A stretch of DNA of 40,981 nucleotides from a virus (taxonomy: Duplodnaviria; Caudoviricetes): IMG/VR virus record IMGVR_UViG_3300032212_000051, positions 1-40,981 of that record; one strand, 5' to 3'. Positions within the stretch are counted from its first letter, which is position 1. Every line of letters begins with the position of its first letter. Under the pieces are notes generated by a model. It was not told where the DNA came from. It worked only from the letters and a program-made list of their open reading frames with translations, and searched no databases. Below are positions 27,020 to 35,613 of the stretch, piece after piece. The translations under genes were made by a program, and so were the position numbers.

Positions 27020-28767
27020 CGTAATAATTCCTGCTCTACGTGGTTTGTAAGGTCAGTTAAAAAATCAGTAACGTCATCATTAAATACACCCATTGAATCG
27101 ATTAGCTCATCACTTAAATGAGTGGTGCTATATTCAATAAAATTCAATCGATCAAATGCAAGATTTGTAAGGTGCTGGTGTACCAGGCCCGCTTGATCGG
27201 GTGTCAGGGTGTTCGATCTAACTAATGGCCACATTCTGTCCTGAATAAAATCGCTAACGTGATCATGAGCAACGGTAAACATGTCCGGTGTAATGCCACT
27301 GTTAATACTTGCTCGATATACAGTGCCATTATGACCGACGGCGGTGATATATTTCACGCCAGGCAAACTCGAAGTAAACCGCAAATCAGGCAGTGATAAC
27401 GATGACGACGAGGGATGATTGTGCACAATTTCAAATCGTCGCGACGGGTCACTTAATAAACTTAATTGATCCGGTTTTAAACTGACCGATCGAGCAGTTA
27501 ATGAGGTGTGAGTAAAATGCTGAATGCCGGTATTCATATCATACGCGGCCAGGTACTCGATATCGTTTCCTTTGCGGGTGCCGCGCATTAATACATGGCG
27601 ATAAGCCGCGTCTCGAACCTCGCTAACATCAAAGCCCGACTCGCTGACTTTAGTCGGTTTAATAACCAGTGTGCTCGGATCAATGCCCTGGTTGATTAAA
27701 CGATTTTGCAAAACGTTCCACGGCGTCGCGATCTGGTTTTCGTTGAGTATGCCGGCATGTAGCATGCCTTGCTTTCCTCGGCTATTTAAAACCCCGTGCT
27801 GGATTAAACTGATTTGATTATTTAGCCAGTCGATTCGCGTTTGTTTGCCGGCGCGATCGTCGTCGGTGATCTCATCTTTAAAAACAATCTCGACATAACT
27901 TAGCGTGTTCGGGTGCGCTGGCCACGGGCAGTCTTTTCGGCTCGGGTAAACACCCTCACCCAATCCGTAGCGGTTCACCCGCGCATGCATATCACAAATA
28001 TCAACCTCGGGATGACGCGGGCTTAATAAAAATTTCCAGCCAGCAAAATCCTCATGCTCACCACCGGCGAGCATATAAGCCTCGCCATGGGCTCGATTTA
28101 ATTCGGTCCTGAACAAACGCAGCGCATTAGATCGCGGCGATCCCTCGCCAGTCATCAGTGCCGCATAACTGGCGCGGCTTACGCTGCCCGCATTTGCAAG
28201 ATTAAGTTTATTGCGTAAATCACCAGGCACCGCGATGCCCTGGTTTAATAAATTATTTACCGCTTCGCTGGCACTATGGCCCTGAATAATGGCTGACTCG
28301 ATAGCATTACCGACAATTTGCTGCGCATGGTTTTGCACCCGCCAGAAACGATCCGACAACTGCAGACCATCGGCGGCGACAAAATTTTGCACAAACTCAA
28401 CCGCCTGGGTGCCGGCGCGTGTCAGGCTCGCGCTATTGAGCACCGAATCAAACGTATTCACGCCGAGCTCAGCCGCACGGTTTAAGCCGCCGTTTAATAA
28501 TTGCTGGCTCGACTGGTCCAGCTGACCGAGCACCTGGTTAACCTGGTTTTGTAAATCATTCAGCACGGTTAATCGCAGCACACCATCACCATCAGCCGCG
28601 GCGGCGATCGCCGCCTGGATATCGCCGGCCGCTTGCTGATAAATATTCTGTAAATGCGTCAACGTCGACCGATCAAACCGATTCATATTCGACCGCGCCG
28701 AGGCACTGGCCCGATGAATCGCGGCGAGTGTCGCGGTGCGAGGGTTATGGGCGAGAGCGACAGGCAT
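27016..28767 (-). CDS. MuF-like head morphogenesis protein with a C-terminal JAB/MPN-like domain
   Basis: RLFRTELNRA, DICD and PAHPNTLS (MuF); E...IVHNHPSSSSLSLPDL (JAB HxH...S..D). Confidence 0.8.
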   Translation of the reverse strand: MPVALAHNPRTATLAAIHRASASARSNMNRFDRSTLTHLQNIYQQAAGDIQAAIAAAADGDGVLRLTVLNDLQNQVNQVLGQLDQSSQQLLNGGLNRAAELGVNTFDSVLNSASLTRAGTQAVEFVQNFVAADGLQLSDRFWRVQNHAQQIVGNAIESAIIQGHSASEAVNNLLNQGIAVPGDLRNKLNLANAGSVSRASYAALMTGEGSPRSNALRLFRTELNRAHGEAYMLAGGEHEDFAGWKFLLSPRHPEVDICDMHARVNRYGLGEGVYPSRKDCPWPAHPNTLSYVEIVFKDEITDDDRAGKQTRIDWLNNQISLIQHGVLNSRGKQGMLHAGILNENQIATPWNVLQNRLINQGIDPSTLVIKPTKVSESGFDVSEVRDAAYRHVLMRGTRKGNDIEYLAAYDMNTGIQHFTHTSLTARSVSLKPDQLSLLSDPSRRFEIVHNHPSSSSLSLPDLRFTSSLPGVKYITAVGHNGTVYRASINSGITPDMFTVAHDHVSDFIQDRMWPLVRSNTLTPDQAGLVHQHLTNLAFDRLNFIEYSTTHLSDELIDSMGVFNDDVTDFLTDLTNHVEQELLR

Positions 28768-28770
28768 CAG

Positions 28771-29190
28771 TTAGCCGTCACTCTGATCTTTAGGGCGGAA
28801 AAAACCGCGAGTAGTCCCGCGATGCTCGCTTTCACCTTTTATATTCCAGAATCTGAAAGGTAACTGATCAGTATGAGTAACAGACTTGTCAGCAATCCCT
28901 TTCAAGACAGCTGAGCAATCCCAATAATGACCAGGACCACAATCTTTAGGATAAGCCAAACCATGTCCGCATTCGCATAAGGTAACGGCCGAATAAAACA
29001 ATTCGTCATCAGTGAAAATCGGGTTGTCTTTTAGTCGCTGCTTAAAGGCTTCTGACTTTTCTCTGTGATACTGGTTAATAACTTCTTGCGATGTTTTCTT
29101 TTGTTCTAAAGCGTCTTGATATTCGTTTTCAGTAATCATGATAACCTCTGAATTAATTTGATCGGGTTGTAATATCCGTTGAGCTCTCAC
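28771..29190 (-). CDS. Cys-rich hypothetical protein between portal and MuF (likely start MITEN)
   Basis: CECGHGLAYP..C...WDC; GAGGT RBS before the internal Met. Confidence 0.6.
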   Translation of the reverse strand: MRAQRILQPDQINSEVIMITENEYQDALEQKKTSQEVINQYHREKSEAFKQRLKDNPIFTDDELFYSAVTLCECGHGLAYPKDCGPGHYWDCSAVLKGIADKSVTHTDQLPFRFWNIKGESEHRGTTRGFFRPKDQSDG

Positions 29191-30568
29191 CCTTTCGACC
29201 GTTACCCGGTGTCACTGACACTTTCGGTGTATTGGCACTTTCCTCGGGAAACTCCATTGATAAATCAGACGGGTAAGGCTCGTTAGATTTCATCTGTGCA
29301 GCTCGGCTTTTTAATACCGCCTCGGGATCCAGCCCGGCCGTTGTCCAGGCCTGACGATCTCCCACGCCCAACGCTTTATGTTTCAGTGCCAGGTCGGCCC
29401 GCTGATTCGGTGTATCGATCCGGCGCTCTGCAAATTTAACGCGAAAATCAAAGCCGTCCGGGTTAATGCCAGCCAGCAATAAATCCAGTTTAAAGCCGGT
29501 CTCATAAACCTGCGCCTGGATATCCTGCAGCGCATCGATCTCGTCATAATAATCGCGCTTAAGATCTTCCAGAATATCGCGACTTAAATTATCGGTGTAA
29601 CCGAATAGCCCTTTCGGTGCTGGGCCACCGGCAAAAAAGCCGTCGAGTATATGCAGAATATCCGCAATATCGTCCAGGTTTGCATCGCCTTGAATTGGTG
29701 TCACCGTGTTTTTTTGGTTCGAATAAAAATCGGTGACATTACCGTTCATTTGATCGCGCTCGACATCACTTTTATATTTTTCCAGGTCCTCATCTCTCGC
29801 GCCTTCCAGTGAATGCGACAATCGCAACGGCGCCCGAGCATGACGACGCAAAACCAGCGCATTCTCACTCATGACCAGCTGATTAAATTTCTCACGCACC
29901 GCGTCAAGATATGGCCGGCCCATCGATCCCCGGTCGTCATAATTATCCGGCGTGAGTCGGCCGATCGTCATTTCAAACAGTGAAAATGTCGCGATCACTT
30001 TGCCGGTTAATAAATCAAACTGCTCGAAAGCTTTTGTCGGGTCTTTAAATTGACCATTGTCTGAAACAACAGGATTTAAAGTCTCAGTCGGCATGCGGAT
30101 CGCGGCGACCACACTGCGAGACACTTTATCGAGCACCCACTGCAAAGATAAATTACCTTCCATTACTAGGCCCCGGGCATCCGACTCGAGTTTTTCCTGT
30201 TTATTGAGGCCGAGCCTGGTGATATAGCGTTTCCACAATCGGCTCAGGCGTTTATTGTCGCTATTGTTTTCTAGCTTAAGCCCGCCCTTAACCACGGTCC
30301 GGCTCATTTTTCGGTGCAGGGTTTTCACTCGACCGTCGATCCGATCCATTTTCCGAATATCGAGGATAGAGGCTCGCAGCGAAGGATCGACCCAGTTAAA
30401 ACGGTTTTGATAAACAGCCATATTTTCAGGTGTTGCTCGCAGGCCTTTTTCATTACCCGCCTGCACATAGCCGGCTTCGCGACGCGCCTGTTCAATAGCG
30501 GTATCAGGTAACGTCGAACGTAAGCCTAGTGACTTATAACGATCCTGAATCGTCTCTAAATTAGCCAT
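29153..30568 (-). CDS. Portal protein
   Basis: 471 aa, between terminase and MuF; MGRPYLD motif. Confidence 0.8.
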   Translation of the reverse strand: MANLETIQDRYKSLGLRSTLPDTAIEQARREAGYVQAGNEKGLRATPENMAVYQNRFNWVDPSLRASILDIRKMDRIDGRVKTLHRKMSRTVVKGGLKLENNSDNKRLSRLWKRYITRLGLNKQEKLESDARGLVMEGNLSLQWVLDKVSRSVVAAIRMPTETLNPVVSDNGQFKDPTKAFEQFDLLTGKVIATFSLFEMTIGRLTPDNYDDRGSMGRPYLDAVREKFNQLVMSENALVLRRHARAPLRLSHSLEGARDEDLEKYKSDVERDQMNGNVTDFYSNQKNTVTPIQGDANLDDIADILHILDGFFAGGPAPKGLFGYTDNLSRDILEDLKRDYYDEIDALQDIQAQVYETGFKLDLLLAGINPDGFDFRVKFAERRIDTPNQRADLALKHKALGVGDRQAWTTAGLDPEAVLKSRAAQMKSNEPYPSDLSMEFPEESANTPKVSVTPGNGRKGESSTDITTRSN

Positions 30569-30570
30569 TT

Positions 30571-32301
30571 TTAAATCCTCGATCCTTTTATAAATCCTTG
30601 ATAGGGAACCGGTGTCGGTAGAGGTCGCTGCATAAGTTCAGCGTGAGAGTGTGCGCTAGTGACAACAACACCAGGCACGATATCAGCGCCGCGAGTTACA
30701 AACCCCCACTGTGAAGCCATATCAGCATCAAACAGATCGTCGCCGATTTTTTTATTTGCCATTTTATAAATTGCGTAATTAGCCAGTGAGGCCTCGGGCT
30801 TAATATTTAAAGTTTGTTTGACCAGTAATCGCATATCACTCACTGCAGGATCATCGCCTTCGATATCATCCAGGTAAGGCACCACGGCTTTTTTATCGTG
30901 ATAACTACTGCGCACGGCCTGCGCCATTGAATGCTTAACCATGCCCTCAAATCGCAACGGTGCAAACGCCCATTGCCCCCAGTTCGTCGCGGTGCTCTGC
31001 CCGTCGCCGATCGTGTGACGGTTAATAGTGGTCAGCCCTTCATTAAAAAGATCATCATTTAACGTCGTTAACAGTCCGATTCCATAAGCGTCACCATGAG
31101 CAACGTCAGGCCTGAAAAATCGCCAGAAAGCGATCAGATCATTTTTAATAATTTTTTCATCAGTACCAGGAGGCCAGGTTTTTGCAAAAATACGACAGGA
31201 AAAACCAGAAATTTCCTCACTCGCGACAAATGCAGAGCGTGATGATTCTATGTTTTCACCGTGACCGGAATGGTCATAACCGAAAGAGATTAAGCCGCGC
31301 TTTTTATATTGCTGACCAGGTATAGGCTCAACGATTTCAATGCCGGCCTTTATCGCCATTTGCATCGCTTTGCGCATGTAAATTTCCCAGACCAGGTTTT
31401 TCGAGCTGGTATTAATACAGAGCAACTGCCTGGCGACCTCATCCTCACTTAAACCGGCGGCGATATCGGTGATCGTGTTTTTATTTAACAGCTCCAGCGC
31501 AATCGCATTCACCGAGTTTAAGATCGGCACCGGGTATTTATAATTCGCCAGGTCAACAGAATCGCGGTTTAAATAACCCTGGTCGATCATCATTTTAATT
31601 TCGTCGATCGCCCGCTGGCCACGGAAACAGGCTAACGCGTGATAAGTCCCGGTCTCCATTAAATCGGTCAGGGTATCGGCGCCTTTAAAAACACCGGTGA
31701 TTCTAATCTGCGCCGAGTTTTTACTTTCTTTCGCCGCGCCGAGGCGACGGGTTGAGCCGAGCATTAAAAGAAATCGAGAATACAGCCGCTCTTTTGGCAT
31801 GTCGTCAACTTCCTCGAGCGAGGCCACGGTTAAATCACCGCCGTCGACCTGCGCCATAATGCCGTAGGCCTGCGCCTTGCTGCGATTGCAAAACTCGTAG
31901 CGGGTGTCGCTCAGCTGCGTGCGTCCTGACTTATGCGCCAGGTAAGCGGTCAATATTTCAGAGCGGCGAATCGCGTCCAGGTGATAGTTTAAATTGACAA
32001 TCGACTGCGCCTCACGCGGCGCCACTATGCCGAGTTCCTGGTCGGGATTGGTGGCGTTATGCTTTAAAAGATAAAGCTCTTTTTTAGCGGTCTTGCCTGA
32101 GCGCCTGGTGGAAAAATCAATCGTGTTCGGGTGCTGATCCATTTCCTCGGCCTTAAGCACCTGCACCGCATCCAGCTCAACGTTATGAATATGTTTGTGC
32201 CAGAGCGCATGATCATCCTTAAAACGCATCACCTCACGCTCGGCGACATTCTGCATTTCGATGCGCTTGGTTTTAGAAATACGTTCAGCCAATTTTCTCA
32301 A
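30571..32301 (-). CDS. terL: Terminase large subunit
   Basis: Walker A-like RRSGKT, Walker B SLEEVD, nuclease FGYD and GDDLFDA. Confidence 0.85.
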   Translation of the reverse strand: MRKLAERISKTKRIEMQNVAEREVMRFKDDHALWHKHIHNVELDAVQVLKAEEMDQHPNTIDFSTRRSGKTAKKELYLLKHNATNPDQELGIVAPREAQSIVNLNYHLDAIRRSEILTAYLAHKSGRTQLSDTRYEFCNRSKAQAYGIMAQVDGGDLTVASLEEVDDMPKERLYSRFLLMLGSTRRLGAAKESKNSAQIRITGVFKGADTLTDLMETGTYHALACFRGQRAIDEIKMMIDQGYLNRDSVDLANYKYPVPILNSVNAIALELLNKNTITDIAAGLSEDEVARQLLCINTSSKNLVWEIYMRKAMQMAIKAGIEIVEPIPGQQYKKRGLISFGYDHSGHGENIESSRSAFVASEEISGFSCRIFAKTWPPGTDEKIIKNDLIAFWRFFRPDVAHGDAYGIGLLTTLNDDLFNEGLTTINRHTIGDGQSTATNWGQWAFAPLRFEGMVKHSMAQAVRSSYHDKKAVVPYLDDIEGDDPAVSDMRLLVKQTLNIKPEASLANYAIYKMANKKIGDDLFDADMASQWGFVTRGADIVPGVVVTSAHSHAELMQRPLPTPVPYQGFIKGSRI

Positions 32302-33217
32302 CCTCGCCGGGGATCTCTTTCACCGGTTTCGGTGCAATCAACTGCATAAGCTGATCGGTTTTCTCTCGCTGCAACTGTATAAACTCGTTTTGAGTTTCAA
32401 CCTTATCCGCTTCGACATCGATATAGCCTTTGAGCATTTCAGCCTCGTCGCGACTTTTAGCAGTCAGCCCCATATCCTCGAGCGACATATTGTTTTTCGT
32501 CACGAATTCCAGGAATCGTTTTAATAATGGGTGCTCTTTAATTTCAAAAACCTGCTCTCTATTACCGGTTTCTGGATTTTCAAATCGAACAAAATTCACC
32601 CCGCCATCCTTATCACCATGCCAGACAGGCAGCATTTGACGTGGACCACCGTCCTCGACAATTGATAAGAGCATTTGATTGATCATTGCCATAATGCCGG
32701 CCTGAGAGTCCGCCATATAACCCCGAATCAGTTCAGGGTCATTCTGCTCAGCCGCCGCATGAAAACGCAGGAAAATTTCTGTCTGCTTAACGCATGCCTT
32801 ATATTGAATGCAGTCCTTATGTTTGGCATGTTCGCAAGTCTCGCAGGCCGGATATTTACCAGGCTTTGCCGGAAAATAAGACGCGACCCGTGCATTAAGC
32901 CCGTGCTTTATCGCATTAAATCGAGTTCGCTTGGTTTCCTCAGGGGTCGGATGACCGTCGAGATTTTTCGCCGAATTAGCCAGCCCCTCGGCTGTTTTCG
33001 GCCCGGTGGCCTTAGCATTGGCTTTTAAAAGGTTTCTTTCCCAGTAAACCTGCTCGGCCTCAGCGCCACAAGCATCGCAATTGGCATAATATAACCAGGG
33101 GTGATACTCATGATCCGACGCCTCGACCACGCGATCAGGCTCGCACTCTTGCGAATTCCCGCACGAATGACACTTAAAATTAACCGTCAATAACGGATCT
33201 TTGCGAATTACTCCCAT
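32285..33217 (-). CDS. Putative terminase small subunit with zinc-binding motifs
   Basis: CHSC/CDAC/CETC; TGPKTAEG...NAIKHGL; directly upstream of terL. Confidence 0.6.
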   Translation of the reverse strand: MGVIRKDPLLTVNFKCHSCGNSQECEPDRVVEASDHEYHPWLYYANCDACGAEAEQVYWERNLLKANAKATGPKTAEGLANSAKNLDGHPTPEETKRTRFNAIKHGLNARVASYFPAKPGKYPACETCEHAKHKDCIQYKACVKQTEIFLRFHAAAEQNDPELIRGYMADSQAGIMAMINQMLLSIVEDGGPRQMLPVWHGDKDGGVNFVRFENPETGNREQVFEIKEHPLLKRFLEFVTKNNMSLEDMGLTAKSRDEAEMLKGYIDVEADKVETQNEFIQLQREKTDQLMQLIAPKPVKEIPGEVEKIG

Positions 33218-33218
33218 A

Positions 33219-33256
33219 TTTGCAGCATATAAAAAAAACTGCGACAGAATGGGGGC
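33219..33256 (-). promoter_or_regulatory. Late promoter motif, copy upstream of the terminase operon
   Basis: Minus strand GCCCCCATTCTGTCGCAG-T8-A-TATGCT, 6 nt before the ATG. Confidence 0.75.
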
Positions 33257-34887
33257 TATGCTTTTTTAAGGATATTCCCCTCAATGACAACGGTTCTTAG
33301 TAAGTCCGTGTCGGGGAGCCAAATTTCTTGGCTATGAACCACTTTAGACATAGCTGTAAAAAGGTTCTGAGGCTTGTATTCAATCCTCGCCAAGCCCTCA
33401 GGATCAACCGACACACTCTCAACAAAACCAAGTATTAACTCCCTCAGGGGGCCTGTTTCTCTATTTGTTTTGTCAAATAACGAATTTTTCATTAATTCTC
33501 TGATTTCGTCATATTCGATAACACTAGGATCAAATGACCGCTTAGCCATTGATTCAACGGTGTTAATTTCATGTATGAGCTGATTTTTTCGGTTTTGCAG
33601 TTCTCTGATCCTCGGACCGATATCGCTTAACTCGAGATATTCTTTATCTGTTGTCTCTAATAAGTCATATAAACGAGATAACCTTTTCTCAGTAGTTTTA
33701 ACCTCGGCTTTAAGTGCTTTGCTCTCGTTATTTCTGGAATCCTGCCAATCATCCAAACTAGACTTGAGATCAGAAATAACTGTTTCGATATTATGATCAT
33801 TCAAGACGTGCTCAGCCAATATCTCTAACAATAATGAATCTGTGAAATCTGCATTAAATCTTTTTACCTTATGAATCTGATCAGGGTTTGATTGAGCGCA
33901 TTTATAATAAGTATATTGTTTTGAGCGGCCGGTTGCTTTTTCGACATACAAAGGAGAATTACATTTATCGCAATAAATAAGGCCTGCAAAAATCAGCTTT
34001 GTATTTGACGGCATTTTTTTCGATATCTTGTTTGAGAGATTATCTCGATCGAGTTTTTCCTGAACGTCATTCCATAATGTTTCAGAAATAACTGACTCGT
34101 GAGATTGAACGATTATCCACTGATCACGAGGTAATATTTTTTTTGATCCCCGCTGAGTTTTTCCGAATACCCGCTGACCGATATAGATTTCGTTTTTTAA
34201 TATCGAGTGAACTGTGCTTTTAGTCCACCGACGCCCCCGATGTTTTAATCCCTGTTGATTTAAACTGTCACTGATCGCTCGGGCGCCTAATCCTTGCTTT
34301 GATTTGTATAAGAAGATTTTTTCAATTATCCAGGACTCGTCCTTATTGATTATCAGTTTTTTCTTTTTGAGATTATCGTCAGCAGGTACTAGCTCAAATC
34401 CGAGCGGCACTCGACCACCGTTCCAATAACCTTGCTGAGCATTACGGACCATAGATCGGCGAGTATCGCGAGAGGTCTGGATTGATTTATGTTCATCCAT
34501 AAGCTCGAGGAAACCATCCATTAATCGACCGGCATCGGTTTCCCGGTCGACTGTAAATGTTAAATAGTGGATTTGCGTGCCGTTATCATCAAGACGCTTT
34601 TTATATAAAAGTGCGTCGAGCCGGTTTCTGGCAAACCGGCTCGACGACCAGATAATGAAGTGCTTGACGTTGAATATTTCACAATATTCCATAGCCGCCT
34701 CGAATCCGATACGACCTGACAGGCTGGATCCTGACACCCCTTCATCCTTGAATACCTTGACCACTTCCCAGCCCTCAGAGGTCGCTTTATCATGTCCCTT
34801 TTCAATCTGAGCAGGGATAGATATATCTTTTTCCACCTGTTTCCGATCGGAAACTCGGGCATAAATAACAGCACTCTCAGTATTCAT
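33256..34887 (-). CDS. Large serine recombinase (integrase)
   Basis: YARVS catalytic Ser, SRFAR, recombinase domain (PLGF, ILKNEIYIG, HESVIS), zinc ribbon CDKC..YYKC, coiled coil. Confidence 0.95.
   Translation of the reverse strand: MNTESAVIYARVSDRKQVEKDISIPAQIEKGHDKATSEGWEVVKVFKDEGVSGSSLSGRIGFEAAMEYCEIFNVKHFIIWSSSRFARNRLDALLYKKRLDDNGTQIHYLTFTVDRETDAGRLMDGFLELMDEHKSIQTSRDTRRSMVRNAQQGYWNGGRVPLGFELVPADDNLKKKKLIINKDESWIIEKIFLYKSKQGLGARAISDSLNQQGLKHRGRRWTKSTVHSILKNEIYIGQRVFGKTQRGSKKILPRDQWIIVQSHESVISETLWNDVQEKLDRDNLSNKISKKMPSNTKLIFAGLIYCDKCNSPLYVEKATGRSKQYTYYKCAQSNPDQIHKVKRFNADFTDSLLLEILAEHVLNDHNIETVISDLKSSLDDWQDSRNNESKALKAEVKTTEKRLSRLYDLLETTDKEYLELSDIGPRIRELQNRKNQLIHEINTVESMAKRSFDPSVIEYDEIRELMKNSLFDKTNRETGPLRELILGFVESVSVDPEGLARIEYKPQNLFTAMSKVVHSQEIWLPDTDLLRTVVIEGNILKKA
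33290..33321 (+). other. Candidate attP: tRNA-Asn-like 3' end inside the recombinase gene
   Basis: ACGGTTC-ttagt-AAGTCCGTG-TCGGGGA-G-CCA = T-arm remnant, acceptor strand, G discriminator, CCA. Confidence 0.65.
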
Positions 34888-35393
34888 TTATCAATTTTAC
34901 TCGCTTGAATGGTTCGCTCTATGTGTCTTATTGATACACGTTCACACATATTTTTTATTAACAGCGAGTGAATAACGTGAGGCTTTTTACCTCGGTTAGC
35001 GAGATCGATAATAAATTGATCTCTCATGAGTCGTTGAAATCTTCTATATTGCGGGACATACACTTTCCGGCGGCGACGCTCTTTCGGTGTTGAGTGTATG
35101 TTTTCGCTGTCGAGAATAATCCATACCGTCATGAAATTATCGAAACCAATGAGGTCAGCGATCTGCAGCCAGTGATCGGCGAGCTCGGCTTTCGCTAATA
35201 GATCGAGCCTCGGATCGTGTGGCGGCGCGATTTTTTTTAAATACGGATCATTCAAAACAGTGTAGTTATCTAGGTAACCTCCTCCCTCTGTGGGGGGGTG
35301 CCGATTCTCATGCCGACCCCCCACCCCCTGACCAGGATCGATATCTTCTGTTATTCCGTCGATAGAGCTGCGTGTTTCTGTCTTAGTGCTCAT
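34884..35393 (-). CDS. Mor/C-family (Mu-like) late transcription activator
   Basis: IADLIGFD, KVYVP, RDQFII, VSIRHIERTI C-terminal HTH pattern. Confidence 0.65.
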   Translation of the reverse strand: MSTKTETRSSIDGITEDIDPGQGVGGRHENRHPPTEGGGYLDNYTVLNDPYLKKIAPPHDPRLDLLAKAELADHWLQIADLIGFDNFMTVWIILDSENIHSTPKERRRRKVYVPQYRRFQRLMRDQFIIDLANRGKKPHVIHSLLIKNMCERVSIRHIERTIQASKIDK

Positions 35394-35475
35394 GCTAACC
35401 CCTTGATTTGCTTATACCCAGATTCTGTTGAGCTGCGTGTTTTGTTCATAAGACGCAACTCATAACAAACTGATT
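35365..35475. repeat. Two ~65-bp degenerate units, each with a GAGCTGCGTGTTT box and an IHF consensus site
   Basis: Boxes at 35365-35377 and 35430-35442; minus-strand AATCAAGGGGTTA (35396-35408) and AATCAGTTTGTTA (35463-35475). Confidence 0.6.
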
Positions 35476-35613
35476 TAGGCTGTTCTAAAGGCGAGTTCCC
35501 AGCACCCCCGCGCCCATACCGCAGAGGCCGACAGGCCAACACCAGATAATTATAAGTGATACCCGCTACATAAGTTCTGAGCGCCAGCCGTGGGCCTAAA
35601 AGGCGTGTCTCTG

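Noticed and set aside
33290-33321. Functional tRNA gene
   Set aside because: Only the 3' part is present, the T-loop is interrupted, and there is no 5' acceptor strand, D-arm or anticodon arm
20371-35393. Transposable Mu-like phage
   Set aside because: Mu-like protease, MuF and Mor/C are present, but there is no DDE transposase, MuB ATPase or host-DNA ends
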